A DNA stretch of 64,000 nucleotides from Octopus vulgaris (GCA_951406725.2 OX597816.1:19654001-19718000), one strand, 5' to 3'; positions 26,198-41,486 are shown, numbered from the stretch's first letter. Notes: a model not told the origin generated them from the letters alone. A program made the numbers and translations.

Positions 26198-26536
26198 CGA
26201 ATTCAGAACGTAAAGACAGAGGAAATACCTATTTCTTTATTGCCCACATAGAGGGGACAAACAAGGACAGGCAAAGGGATTAAGTCGATTATATCGACCC
26301 CAGTGCGTAGCTGGTACTTATTTAATCGACCACGAAAGGATGAAAGACAAAGTCAACCTTGGCTACGTTCTGAGTCCAAATTCCGCCGAGGTCGACTTTG
26401 CCTTTCATCCTTTCGGTGTCAATTAAATAAGTACCAGTTACGCACTGGGGTCGATGTAATCGACTTAATCCATTTGTCTTCCCTTGTCTGTCCTCTCTGT
26501 GTTTAGCCCCTTGTGGGTAGTAAAGAAATAGGTATT
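26198..26536. mobile_element. Back-to-back inverted pair of partial SINE A copies
   Basis: Minus copy to ~26362, then plus copy from ~26363. Confidence 0.85.
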
Positions 26537-27064
26537 TGTATTTTGATTAGTTTGGAGAATATACTGTTAATATTAAGTGTCCTGAAATAACCCTGTATAT
26601 TTTTAGCAAATATAGTTACCGTTTAAAAGAAATCTCTGGAGTAAATGAAGCAAAAATATGGTGAGATACGGCATTCAAAGAAAACATTTTCGACTTTTTA
26701 TCATTTACTAGCTTCAGTCATTTGACTGTAGCCATACTTGGGCACTGATGTGAAGAATATTTAGTCGATTGCATCGACCCCAGAAATTAAGCATCATAAA
26801 CAACTAAAATTACCAGTCCATCATTTCTCTTCGAAACTGGTCATAAATAATACCTTGTGTGATCGAGTATCATTTTGCAGCTCTCCCGATGAAAATGTCT
26901 CTTGTTAGATTTTCTGAGATTAACACGTGCCAAGCAGAAAGGGAGGCGATAGCGGGGGTATAGAGGATAATTTAGATTCAGCTATAGAGAATGGAATACA
27001 CAAGCATGTTATTACCAACTCGCTATTACATTCTCTGTTCCCTAAAATACTTGAGTAAAATATC

Positions 27065-27880
27065 GGTTTTAAATTTTGGCACAAGTAAAGCAGTCGCAGG
27101 GAGGAGGGGCTAAATTGATTATATTGAAAACTATGCTTAACTGGTACTTATGATATTGACTCCGAAAGGATGATGAGCAAAGTCGACCGTGGTGATATTT
27201 GAACACAACGTAATGAGGGACAAAATGATGGAAATATCTTACCCGGTGTGCTAACGGTTCTGCCAGCAAGCCACCTTAACTTGAATGAAATATTGGTTTC
27301 ACATTTCTGCACAAGGCCAGCAAGTACAGTGAAGCGTGTAAATCGATTACATCAACTCCATTGCTTGTCTTGTAATTATTTTAGCGATCCCGAAGGAAGA
27401 AAAGGAAGTTCAGAAGAAAAAGACAGAGGAAATGCCGCCAAGATTTTTGCCCGGCGTGCTCGCAATTCTTACTTCTTTATTGCCCACAAGTGGCTAAACA
27501 TAGAGGGGACAAACAAGGACAAACAAAGGGATTAAGTAACATACATTGACCCCAGTGTGCAACTGGTACTTAATTTAGCGACCCCGAAAGGATGAAAGGC
27601 CAAGGCTACCTCGGCGGAATTTGAACTCAGAACATAGCGGCCGACGAAATACCTATTTCTTTACTATCCACAAGCGGCTAAACACAGAAGGGACAAACAA
27701 AGACAGACAAACGGAGTAAGTCGATTATATCGACCCCCCTGCGTAACTGGTACGTATTTAATCAGCCCCGGAAGGATGAAAGGCAAAGTCGACCTCGGCG
27801 GAATTTGAACTCAGAACGTATCGGCAGACGAAATACCGGTAAACATTTCGACCGGCATGCTACCGATTCTACCGGCTCGT
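27065..27880 (-). mobile_element. Tandem array of SINE A copies
   Basis: Four core repeats, with the junction GAAATACCTATTTCTTTA. Confidence 0.85.
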
Positions 27881-28433
27881 AGCATTACGTTAAATATTAA
27901 TTACTATTTAATACTGAGAATACATACATGAAGAAACATATTGAACAGATAAATAGAGGCAATAAAATTTTCAATTTAGAACATTTGGCCTGTGCATTGA
28001 TACTTAAAGTAGGAAGCAATATTAACTTAATATTTGGAAAACCTGAATCATATTTAGATATTGGCTATATTAGGTTTGTAAAAGTTTAGAACATATAAAT
28101 AAATATTATATCATCTAGGAAGAAGTGGTTCCAGTCGTCCCTGGGTGTGTATAAAGAGTCTCTGCAACAAATGTGGAAATAGCAGTAGGGAATAACGCCA
28201 CACATATTGAATTAGGACACCAAAAAATCAAAAACTAAAAAAATAAAAAGGAATCTAAATGTATTCCTGACTTACGCATATATGCATGTAGGCTTGTGTC
28301 TCTACATGTATGTTTGAGTTTGCGTGTATATCTATATGCATGTGTGGATTTTTTAAATATATTGATACATATACACGGCAATATACATACATATATATTT
28401 ATATATACATATATGTATATATTTATATATATA

Positions 28434-28495
<62 letters not shown>

Positions 28496-30401
28496 CATAA
28501 ATATATATATTCATATATGTATGAATATATATATATATTCATTTACATATATGTTTGTGTATGTCTAGGTACACAGGTATATTATTAATTGTACAGGTTA
28601 TTCTCATGTCTCATACAGCTGTGTTTTGGATTCACTCGTGCCCCATATTCAGAGAACTTTTCCTGTATCCAACTCTCTTTTGCAGAAGCTCATTAAACTT
28701 TCATTGCATTCGTATTATGTTAGTTGTAAATAGTGTTCTGAGACATTTTTCTCAGACGCAGCAGTGAAATATTTGACCTTCACTGTGTTATTACGTTTCT
28801 GTGATCATTATTATATATGTAATATTATAAACCTAACAACATCGTCCCCAAATAAAACCGAACATTCTTACTGTTCAATATCTTTCATATCATTCATGAA
28901 TAATAACCCGCCTCTTCTTTTCAGGTAAACGAATCTCAGTTGCAAACTTCTTTCGAAAATATAATTGAAGATGCCAAGCAGGTTACACAAAGAATGACTA
29001 TCTATCGACTTTTTCTTTCAACTTTTCAAGAAATATAGCAGACCTAATGTAGTAGCAAACAGCAATAAACAGAAAAATAACTATTCTATTGAACTTCTCT
29101 GCCAGACATGTCGATGAGGAGTGGAAGCAGCAGAAGTTATACGATAATAAACAATTCAATATGAGTCACTGTCGAAATAGAAGATCATACACTTTTTCCT
29201 ATGGGACTTAGAATTCAAATAACTCCAGGAATAAACTACAAACAGACAATAAACACCGACTTTATGATGCTAATGTTTAATTTCCTGCTTACCGATACTA
29301 CAAGCCATTCTAGATTACAGTCTCTCTTTGTGAAACATTCTTCACATGAGAGCCAAATTTATGATATTGGCCTATATCCATTTTCTAGACTGCTATTTTG
29401 ACTCAATGAGATTGTATCTTTCTGTATATATTGTTATATTCGTAGAAATTATATTTAAAAATCTATGTCTGTAGATTTATTAATATACATTTCCTGTGCT
29501 GAACCATGTGGATTTTGCGTTAAATGAACTGTTATATTATGTGTCGTACAGAGAGTTCGAATAGCATTTGCAAATTTAATCGCAATGAATAGAAAATACA
29601 TAATTACTTTAATGTTCGAAAGGAACATCTTATGCAACTTTTATTTATCACACTTACTCTGACAATATTATTAAGAAGCATTGCCAATTCAATTCAGAAC
29701 AGAAAAATTACGTATATTCTTATACTGAATTTGTATATTAGAGTAGTTTAAATCTATCAAGGGGGTATTTAAGAGATAGTTTCTATGACAATGCTTTTAC
29801 CATTCCCATCAGCTTTGGCTGCCCCATCTGTGTTGAGTTAAACTTAACTTTACATCGAGAATAATCTTTGTTAGAAGGCTGTCTGTTGGGGACAGGAAAA
29901 TGAACGCCAATGATTTAAATATATGTAGAACTGCATCGTTGATGTCTGATAAAATGTCATTTGCATATTATGCTGAATATCACTATGTAAACTTTGGTGG
30001 AATAAATCAAATATAATCTCTCTATAAATAATACACTTTATAATTTTCATATATAAGATTTAATAATTGGAGAGTGATGTTAGAGTGAGTAGGCTGTCAT
30101 CACATACGCCCCCACCCACGTGGAAGAAATGTAAAGGCATAAACATGTTTGCTGGATATCTAATGTATTATATGGTACACCCATTCATTCCCCACTCACA
30201 TGCACATACATATTATTATTATTATTATTATATATATGTGTGTGTGTACCCGCGCGTGTTTGTAGGTTTGTGTGTGTGTCTCTGAGATTTTCTGTGCACA
30301 CCCATAACAATATGCAAACGCACGCACACACACACACACACACCCACACACATATATATATAGACATACATACAGACAGACAGATATATATATATATAGA
30401 T

Positions 30402-30463
<62 letters not shown>

Positions 30464-32353
30464 CTGTAGATAAAAATATAAATATATTTACATGAATTAT
30501 TCATATAGTCATGTGTATGTTTGCGTGTGTTTGTAAGTATGCAACTTCTTATTTGTCGTGCGGAAATATTCCAAGTTATATTTAATGTGTTGTAATGAGA
30601 TGCACCGTTATCTTAGTACAAGAATACTTAGTCAATTCCTTTAATGTTCACAGAAAGATTTCAAATATTTTCCACAATCTTTCATATCTATTTCAATAAA
30701 TTTCCTTAATAAATAACTATCCAAATCCCACATTTTCATTTAATTAATAGTTCACATGAAAGAACAGGGAACCCAAATTATAGCCCATTATTTCAATTTT
30801 TAATTGTGCCTTATATCTCTAACTCATTCCTGCCAAATGATAAATATATTTGGCAGCTTCGTCCCATGAATTAGGAGAAATATTCTGGATAATTCTTAAA
30901 TTACTATTATCACATTACAGTTCAGAATCATAGATAATATCAAATACATAATTTAATATCACTAGGATTAAACTTATCACAAGATATAATAGTTGCAATA
31001 CTTTCATGGTTTATATTACCTAATTAAATGGTATGGATTCTAAACTTTGGAAAAGTGACAAACAAAATACCCGCGAGTGATCAAGTACGCAACTTTATGT
31101 CGCATTTCATACACCTTGGGGTAATGGGCTATGTATCATATAGAAATATGGAGTCTATATCAAGCGTTGTATGTTGGCTGTATCAGAACACAATATTTGC
31201 CGTAATTCTAGTTGATTTCCTAATTCTGTGCACATTTCAGTGCATTTGAAATTGTAATATTTTTTTTTGATCATGATACATTTTACTTCTATGGGTTGTA
31301 CTCTGTTTTACGTCCTTTCAAGCTAATGTCGTTCTCTAGGTGTATATTTTGAATATTTCTATATTTGAATTTTGGCTAATCGGTCAAACATATTTAAACA
31401 GAGAAATTATTAAGCTGCTTTCTTTTATCCCATCAATGCTTGCTCGATTGGTACTTTATTTTCATACATCAGGAAAAATAAAAGGCAAATGTGGTACGGG
31501 ATTTGAGCTCGAAATATAAAGAAGCGGATGAAAAACGCTTCTCCAAGTAATTAACTGTTAACTCATTAAAAAAATTCAGAAATATAAAATAGAAATTCTA
31601 AAATTTAATCAGGCACATACAATATACACAATATTTATTTCTGTCATCATTTAGAAAATGAAAAAAAAAAATCTTTACAAAGAATGTATCGTCTTCTTTC
31701 GTTTTTATACATAATATTATCATTACGTTCAACAAATTTAATTTAAGTAGGAAAGTCTGCTGCGATATTCGTCGGAAATAACACCAACAAAGTTCAGTAT
31801 AAATGCCATAGCGAAAACGCATAAAAGAAATGCCGCTGTGCATACAATTAAATAAAACATACACATTTTTAGAGCGCATTTATTATTCTAGATGTGATTT
31901 CCTAAAATTTTGCACATTTATTTTGTCCTTCCCATTTTTTACATTTAATTTCACTATTATTTGCATGCATTTCCTTCGTTCAGTATAATGATAGCTATTT
32001 TTAGTTTGCTCTATTTTGCCTTTATATTATCTGGCACGAATGAAATACCAGTTATGTTTCATGTGAAGCTGACATTTTAAAAGAAAATTTATGCTTAATC
32101 TAAAACTTTCACGCAACGATTGCATTAAGCATTCTTATTAGATTTCACTAGTTTTTGTTACACCTCTGCATACGCTTTGTGTTAAAAAATGAATGTGTTA
32201 AAAAGATACAAATAGTGGTGTAACATAAAAAGCTACAATAGCATTATCATTATGAATTACATTTTTTATATTTAGTAGTATGTGTATTATTTGATATACA
32301 TAATAATAATAGCAATGATAATAATAATAATAATTACAAAAATAAAATAAAAA

Positions 32354-32412
<59 letters not shown>

Positions 32413-32822
32413 TAATAAACTAATTATAATCACCACGATGATTTCATTTATATGCCACCATTGCAAAAGATCAGGAGACAGTACAAAGACAGACAGTGTT
32501 TACATATAATGAGATAATAAAATAGATAAATAAATAAATAACAAAAACAGAGGTGTAAGTATACAGGGCATATAATGAAAAGTGAAATATACATAGCGCA
32601 CAATGGTAATAATTGTATTATTATTATTATCACTATTATTATTATTATTATTATTACTATTATTAATATTATTTAGTAGTTTTATTTTTATAGTGTGCTT
32701 TCACTTCACTACCGAGCGCAGCTCTGTGTGCCTTGGGTATGTGCTGCGATTTGATGTGATGCTCTGATGGTTACTGCATTGAAAGTGTTTTGCGTAGGAT
32801 TATTATTATAATTATAATTATA

Positions 32823-32870
<48 letters not shown>

Positions 32871-33424
32871 GTCGTTGTTATTGTTGCAATTGTTGTTATT
32901 ATTGTTATTATTATTACTATTACAGTTATCAGTAGCTAGCAAAGCAGTAGTAGTAGAAACATTGTTGTTCCCATTTTACATTTCCTTATAACTACTATTT
33001 TGTCATAAAACTACATCTAAATATCTCATGTTAATTGAGCCAGATTTGTTTCCTTATGTTGATTGAGTAGGATATTATTGGAGATTAAGTTTATGTCATG
33101 CAACAAGGTCTGAATTTGAATTGGTATCTTTTTTTATCAATGATATGGATGGAATTATTGTTTATTGTATGTCAATACTATTGAACTGGTAGTTTTGTTT
33201 TCAAAAATATATGACAAATGAAGACACGGGATTTGGAGAGGAGAATAAAAAATTGGTAAGGATTTAAATGCCTAGAGGGCAAATAATTATTGAGTTAAAG
33301 AAAGAAAGCAAATTATATCTAAAAATACAGTCTAATTATAGCAAATGCATTCAAACATAAACCCATTGTTATTTACAAAAACATGTTTTCAAAAATATAT
33401 GAATATATGTGTGTCTATATTTTC

Positions 33425-33640
33425 TCATCTTTTATTCTTTATTTGATTCAGGCTGCGGCCTTGCTGGAGCACTATCTCGAACAATTTTTAGTTGAATGAA
33501 TCGACCACAGGACTGTTTTTTGCAGGCCTAAAATTTATTCAATTGTTCTTTTTTTTTTTGCCGAACTGCTTGTCTACAGGTACGTAAACCCAGCAACACC
33601 GGTTGGATTGTCAAAGAGTGCTGGGAGACAAATAAAGTAA
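33425..33640 (-). mobile_element. Partial SINE family B (3' half)
   Basis: GCTGGAGCAC...TTTTGCCGAACTGC match. Confidence 0.7.
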
Positions 33641-33735
33641 AGCTGTACGGGCTAGTGAGTGGATGAAGGAATAACTGACACAATATGGATGACAAAAACA
33701 ATAGCGATTCGTATATTAGTTAAGAGTAAATGGGG

Positions 33736-34115
33736 GAAGCACTCCGTCGGTTACGACGACGAGGGTTCCGGTTGATCCGATCAACAGAACAGCCTGCTCG
33801 TGAAATTAACGTGTAAGTGGCTGAGCACTCCACAGACACGTGTACCCATAACGTAATTCTCGGGGATATTCAGCGTGACACAGAGAGTGACAAGGCCGGC
33901 CATTTGAAATACAGGTACAACAGAAACAGGAAGTAAGAGTGAGAGAAAGTTGTGGTGAAAGAGTACAGCAGGTATCACCACCATCCCCCGGAGCATCGTG
34001 GAGCTTTCAGGTGTTTTTGCTCAATAAACACTCACAACGCCCGGGATGGGAATCGAAACCGCGATCCTACGACTGCGAGTCCCCTGCCCTAACCACTGGG
34101 CCATTGCGCCTCCAC
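33736..34115 (-). mobile_element. SINE head C with tail Y
   Basis: Full copy. Confidence 0.9.
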
Positions 34116-34483
34116 TAAGAGTAAATAGGCGGAAGTGGGAAGCAATTACTTATATCTAAAAATACGGTGCAATTGTTGCAGTGATATAAACGGCAGAGTG
34201 AAGTAGTTGTGGTTTCATGTGCTTAAGATTTAAATTTTACATCACCTGAGTTCTAATGTTCATTTAAGCATCTGCAGGAGCAGCACCCTTTCCGTGTTCA
34301 GCATACCAAAGTATATTTCCCCTTTGAATTTTCGAGTGCTAAAATTTAATGTATATTAGGTACTGCGTGTCCTATATGAACGAAGCTAATCTATAGGTGC
34401 AAGTTTTCTTAAGTTGTGAGATAGACAGTAAAGTACACTAATTTTTGTAAGAGTTAGTAGGGACTTTTATAGTCTCACTTACA

Positions 34484-34699
34484 CGAGGAGTAGGTGAAAA
34501 GGTCCTGGTTTTGGGTAAAAGAAAATATTGGGCGATTAGTTACTTATAATTTTATTCAACATATTCACCCCACAGATTAATGCACTTATTGCATTGGTCC
34601 TTAAATTTTGTAAGCCGTGTAAAGGAACTCGGACGTTTGGGCCTCCAGCCTGGCCTTTCGTGTTACCCTTAAAACCTGGAACTTTTCAGTATCCCCTCG
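34484..34699. mobile_element. mariner-type MITE
   Basis: Imperfect ~28-bp TIRs CGAGGAGTAGGTGAAAAGGTCCTGGTTTT and (reverse complement) CGAGGGGATACTGAAAAGTTCCAGGTTTT; TA on the right flank. Confidence 0.7.
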
Positions 34700-36032
34700 T
34701 AGATTACCAGACGACTATGATTAATAAAAATGGATGTGATATAATATTTTCATAATATAGATATGACATGAGGGTATTCTTCTCACTATAATTATTTTGC
34801 AAATATTAAAAGTTAAGTATAACAAAGGTGTTTGCTCAATACAAATATATGCAATATTAAGTGGTAAGTTTTATATACCAATAAGCCATTTCAGAAAGAC
34901 ATTTGTGAAAATATAATTAAATTTCATGATTGCATTCATTTTGATAATGTTTGGATATTCGATATCTTTCAAACCATGGGAAAATATTTGTTTGTATATC
35001 AAAATAACATTAAGTCCGAGGTACAGAATAGCTTTATACGTTAATGTTATCTTAAATATACCACTTAAAGCTGCAATTTGCTTCTTGAAATTTAATGTAG
35101 ACTAATTTCTCTGTATTCCATTGCTTTTTATGTAATTTCATATACATATGCGCATAGACCAATTTTGTATATGTTCATATTACCATATATGACCTACCAC
35201 CTGAATAAATGGTAAATACATAAACTCAGCCATTCAGATTGCGAAAGATTTAGCTTTTAATAATGTGAATATAAACAGCATTTTAATTATGATATATTGA
35301 CACTCAATTAACGCAATCTATGAGTTTGAAGCAGAAGGATTTTATTATCCAACATAAATGGGTAATTCCCTCTGGAGGTGTGTCTTTTCGAGTAGAACAT
35401 TCAATTTTCATTTTATTTGCTATCTATTACTACGGAAAACACACGCGTATGTATGTATTAATTTTGTATGTGTATTAGATATATTTTCATATAAATATAT
35501 GAGCATATTGTGCGTGGATACATGTAACTATATGGATATCGAGAACTTTTAGAGTAGCTAAATTAGTGATTTCAGTTATTTGGCTCAATTTTAATTTCAC
35601 AATGTTAGGTTAAGTCGAAAGTGTAATTATTTTCATAATATAAGTATCCGTTTGATAAGTTCAAATCCCGTGTCGCTAAAGCGAGTAGAGAATGAGTGAT
35701 GTATGTCATATGCATTCCGATGTAGTCCATGTCAACAAAGACTCCCATGTTAAACGAATCTTCCAACGTAATCTTTACCTCATAGCCAACAAGTGATCGA
35801 AATGATTTAAGCATTTCATTATTACTGGCACCTTACTATCTCAGGCATAAAATATTTCTGAAAGCCACGTTACTGGTGAAAACGTTGAATGCATTGACTT
35901 GGTAGAATACGAACCAGAAATGTTCTCGCAACCCACGTGTTACCTCCTGTTCAATCGCTGAACGTTCTAACGGCTTTGCTTTATATTATGAATACCTCAG
36001 TCTTTAACGTGAGATCTGGTTCTCTTTATCCT

Positions 36033-36129
<97 letters not shown>

Positions 36130-37149
36130 AGAGAGAGGAGAAAGAGGGAGAGAAAGAGAAGGTAACACGTGATTCCAGTATGTCTCTACACTCTACACGA
36201 ATCCGTTAAAAACGGAAAGTATTCAGCCATTAATTGTCTGCTTTTTCGAAAATTATTCAGCTTTAAATGCTTCAATGTATGTAGATCTGTCATTGACAAT
36301 AGCAACACTTAGGAACATTGATCCGCAATTTATAGACACTGGTGTAAACATGAAAGCAAAAATACATATCCAATAGATTTCAAACAATATTCGTTCTTTT
36401 GGTATTTCGATCGCATTCCTTATTTCAATAATGATTCTGTCAAATGCAGATAATAGCTGACGATGTTCTTACATGCAGTCATTTGCTCGCCTTCAGTGTC
36501 AGCGTTCGTTGTTATCACACATGCCAGTTTCAGATTTCCATGTAAAGGTATACTCCATTGCATATGTTTAGCATGCACCAAGAAAATACTAGCCATATAA
36601 GTATTTAATCATCGAATTCGCGAGAAAATAAATGAATTACCGTTAGACACGTAAATCAAAGCGCTGTGATTTATACTTAGAAGAAATGAAAGTTTTGCCA
36701 TGCGGAAAATTGAAAGCAATTACGATATTTACTTTTTATCCTAAGGAAAATAATTTGATTCGATCAAAAGTGGAAATTACTGAATTAGTTTCTATGTCAT
36801 GTCAGAGGGAAAATAACAAGATTGGGTAATTAATTATGTACTCAGGGTAAAAAAAAATTAAAAACAAGCCGTCAAGCATTCTGATAAAAAAAAAACCCAA
36901 CATATAACGCTGATTGATTTACGGATAGTAATGTTTGTCATTTAACAGTCTAATATTTAATTATGCAAGTAAGCATATGGATTACACAAATCCGCATGTG
37001 AGCATGAAGAGTAAAAGAGAAGTCCGAAGGTGGAATTCTAGCCAACAAGTAATAGGGGAGAAGTCATCCTCGAATTACACCGTATATTATCGAAATAAGA
37101 AATTAATAATTTGATAAATATATAATTCATTTATGGCGTCAAGAATAAG

Positions 37150-37765
37150 TCGGCGAGCTGGCAGAAACGTTAGCACACCGGGCGAAATGCTTAGCAGTAT
37201 TCCGTATGTCGTTACGTTCTGAGTTCAAATTCTACCGAGATCGACTTTGCATTTCATCCATTCGGCGTCGATAAATTAAGTACCAGTTACGCACTGGGGG
37301 TGATGTAATCGACTTAATCCCTTTGTCTGTCCTTGTTTGTCCTCTCTGTGTTTAGACCCTTGTGGGTAGTAAAAAGATAGAAATAGGTATTCCGTCTGTC
37401 ATTACGTTCTGAGTTCAAATTCCACCGAGGTCGACTTTGCATTTCATCCATTCGGCGTCGATAAATTAAGTACAAGTTACGCATTGGAGTCTATGTAATC
37501 GACAGAATCCCTTTGTCTCTCCTTGTTTGTCCCCTCTGTGATTAGCTTCTTGTGGGCAATAAAGAAGTAAGAAATGTTAGCACGCCAGGCGAAATGCTTA
37601 GCAGTATTCCGTCTGTCATTATGTTCTGAATTCAAATTCCACCGAGGTCGACTTTGCCTTTCATCCTTTCGGGGTCGATAAATTAAGTACCAGTTGCATA
37701 CTGGGGTCGATCTAATTGACTGGCACCCTCCTTCCAAATATCGGGCCTTGTGTCTAGGGAAGAAA
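37150..37765 (+). mobile_element. SINE A trimer
   Basis: One full unit and two 5'-clipped units, head to tail. Confidence 0.9.
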
Positions 37766-38264
37766 AAATTATGGTGACAAGAATATAGTGGGTTAATAAA
37801 ATGCAACTTTAAGCATGATGCTTCTCGAACTAGACGTCCCTGTAAAGGATACTGCAAAAAAAGAAAACAAAAGGAGCAGGTTAGTTTATTTCCACACAGC
37901 TTCAGTGTGGGATTTAATAGCATTGATGTGTTCAATAATGGCATCGATTGCTCCTCACAGATCAATATACTCCATAGATAATAGATACACTGATATCAGG
38001 AAAAAATGGAAATAGAAATAACAAATGAAAAGACAAACTGCGTGCATATCCTACTTATTGAATGTTAGCCATGACACAAACGATGTAAAATATATTGCAT
38101 TCTTACCTTATATTATTGCTTTTCCAATTAACAAATGAAGCTAAAGTATTATCTGCGTCTGAAATTTTTATATATACATTTTATATACACAGCACTATCT
38201 ATATTTCACTATCTCTCTCTCTCACTATATATATATAGATGGATAGATAGATAGATAGATAGAT

Positions 38265-38300
<36 letters not shown>

Positions 38301-38704
38301 TTATACACACACACGCACAAAAAATCAATATATATATATATATATTTACGTGTACATGTATGCATATTTTGCTTACTCGTAACGATATTTAATAACCTGG
38401 TGGTTGAACACAATATAGGTACGGTTTGTAAAAAGGTGTTAGTCGAGCTAAAAGCGTAAAAACAGATTATATCCATTACATAAGAAATTATGTAACAGTC
38501 TTTAATAGCTTACAGCTGTTTCCACCCTAAGATGTAATGCAATCACGACTGAATGTTTCGTCGAAAGTATAAGATATGACATAAGCATATAGCATTATAT
38601 ACCAGAAATATATCTGGTTTTATCAAAACTATCCCGGACTAGATGTGTAAGGAGCCTACAGATGGCAGCGCACGGTTATGTGCGCAATGAACACCACTGC
38701 TTTG

Positions 38705-38900
38705 TGACAGAAGTAGGAAGTAAGAGTGATAGAAAGCTGTGGTGAAAGAGTACAGCGGGGCCCAGCCCCACCCCATCGGAGCCTCTTGTGGTTTAGGTGT
38801 TTTTGGTCAATAAACACTCACAATGACCGGTCTGGGAGTCGAACCCACGTTCTTACAACCGCGAGTCAGATGCCCTAACCACCGGCCATTGAGCCTCTAC
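38705..38900 (-). mobile_element. SINE head C (tail absent or different)
   Basis: Head and body match 33930-34115. Confidence 0.75.
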
Positions 38901-38928
38901 TGTTGGTGTTGTTGTAGTGAAAGTATAC

Positions 38929-39054
<126 letters not shown>

Positions 39055-39186
39055 CTAAAATCAAAATGTCGGATATTAATTTGATAACATCAATTTTAAC
39101 ACCAGTGGTCTAGCATATAAAAAACTGATATTCAGTAAATAGTATGTATGAAATACTCTTATATATATATATATATATATATGTAT

Positions 39187-39303
39187 ACCGGAGTAAACAC
39201 ATAAATGTGAAACAAGGTGCAGAAAAGAGTACTCAAATACCAGTGGTAGAGTAATATGCTTTATTTAAAGCAGCAGAAAATTCAACAAAACCGCTGCTTT
39301 AAA
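39187..39303. mobile_element. Second H3 copy with mini fold-back
   Basis: Reverse complement of ~25160-25265, then inverted GCTGCTTTAAA; inside (TA)n. Confidence 0.75.
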
Positions 39304-39319
39304 TATAGTATATATACAC

Positions 39320-39413
<94 letters not shown>

Positions 39414-39422
39414 TGTGTGTGT

Positions 39423-39782
39423 GTGGAGACGGAATGGCCCAGTGGTCAGTACAGCGGTTTCGATTCCCAGATCGGGCATTGTGAATGTTTCTAGAGCGAA
39501 AATACCTAAGGCTCCACGAACCTGCGGCAGCGAGTGGTGACGAACCATGCTGTATACTTTTACCACAAATTTCTCTCACTCTTTCCTCCTGTTTATGCTG
39601 TACCTGTATTTCAAAAGGTCAGCCTTGTCACACTCTGTTTCACACCGCATCTCCCCGGGAACTTCGTTAAGTTTGGACGTGTCTGTGGAGTGCTCAGCCA
39701 CTTGCATATTAATTTCACTATGAGGCTGTTCCGTTGATCGGATCAACTGGAACCCTCGTCGTCGTATCCAACGGAGTGCCAC
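39423..39782 (+). mobile_element. SINE head C with tail Y
   Basis: Homologous to 33736-34115. Confidence 0.85.
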
Positions 39783-39783
39783 G

Positions 39784-39882
<99 letters not shown>

Positions 39883-40442
39883 TGTGTGTGTCTGCGTGTG
39901 TGAAAGTGCGCGTAGGGGGTGATGAGACTAAATATAGATGGACATCTGTATTTCAGGAGAATAGAGAGTGCTTATATTTATTTACACAATCTATAGCTCT
40001 CATTTCTCTTCCTTGCGTTATATATATGTACGATATATATATACACACATATACATATATAGATATGGAAACATATATAATTTACATATTTATATACATA
40101 CATACATAGATACATACATACATAGATACAAACATACATACATACATATATATATATTTGTGCTTGAGGTTTCTAAAACCCCTACAGAAAATGTGTACAC
40201 AAATAAATATATGAAGATCGATTTAATTAAATACTCAGATTAATGTGAAAAATATATAAATATCTCTGAATTCGCTTAAGGTAGTATCACATTTAATATT
40301 GAATATGAATTTAAATTCAAATTATAAAAGTACATGAATATGATATTACTTGCCAAGTAATTTCGGAACATTATAGAAGGCGAAATACCCTGAGCGTTGC
40401 TCCTGGGTTTACAGAACTAACCAAACTACTTTAGAATTTGTT

Positions 40443-41075
40443 GGGCAGCGAACTGGCAGAAATGTTAGTACACCGAGCGAAATGCATAGCAGTATTTCGT
40501 CTGCCGATACGTTCTGAGTTCAAATTTCGCCGAGGTCAACTTAGCCTTTCCTCCTTTCGGGGTCGATAAATTAAGTACCAGTTTCACACTGCGATCGATG
40601 TATTCGACTTAATATGCTTGTCTGTCCTTGTTTGTCCTCTTTGTGTTTAGCTCCTTGTGGGTAGTAAAGAAATGGGTATTTTAAGGCGGCGAGCTAGCAG
40701 AAACGTTAGCACGCCGGGCGAAATGCTTAGCGGTATTTCGCTACGTTCTGAGTTCAAATTCCGCCGAGGTTGACTTTGCCTTTCATCCTTTCGCGGTCGA
40801 TAGATTATGGACCAGTTACGCACTGGGGTCGATATAATCGACAGAATCCGTTTGTCTGTCCTTGTATGTCCTCTCTGTGTTTAGCTCCTTGTGGATAGTA
40901 AAGAAATTGGTATTTTGTCTGTCTACGTTCTGAGTTCAAATTCCACAAAGTTCGACTTTGCCATTCATCCTTTCTGGATAGATAAATAAAGCATCTTTTG
41001 CGTATTTCGGTCGATCTAATCGATTGGCAAACTTCCCGAAAATTTCGGGCCTTGTACCTAGAGAAGAAAAAGATT
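40443..41075 (+). mobile_element. SINE A tandem array (3 units)
   Basis: Repeated head and core. Confidence 0.9.
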
Positions 41076-41107
41076 TTGTATGTTTTATGGAATCTACTTA
41101 TATTATA

Positions 41108-41486
41108 CTAGCAGTATCGCCCGCTGTTGCTCGGGTTTGTAAGGGAAATAACTATATAAGCATTTTTAGAGATGTAAAGTATAATAGCCATCTCAATATG
41201 GCTAACCACAAAGGGGGTGTTACTGTAGCTTTTTACGTTCTGAGATTTAATAATAAATTTTTAGAGAGTTACTTCCCTTATATATGCCAAAAATGCATTA
41301 AAAATGGGAAAAATTGATGGTAATTTTTTATTTTGTAGACGCGCGCTAATACCCAGAAGTGCTCGATATGAATCACGACTATAAGATACCCGGTTTTGGT
41401 CAAACTGCACGTCAACATGTGGGAGTAGTTAGGAATCTAAATCGTAGGAGACAGACATCACACAACCTCTCTTTTATATATAAAGA
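41108..41486 (-). mobile_element. Non-autonomous Helitron
   Basis: Minus strand begins TCTTTATATATAAA after an A and ends with hairpin CCCG-N8-CGGG, then CTAG followed by T; no TSD. Confidence 0.8.

Noticed and set aside
28925-29038. Strong acceptor followed by a 37-codon frame
   Set aside because: Short, no homology and no partner exons.
33736-34115. tRNA-like heads read as tRNA genes
   Set aside because: They are diverged, lack a clean cloverleaf and are always fused to SINE bodies.
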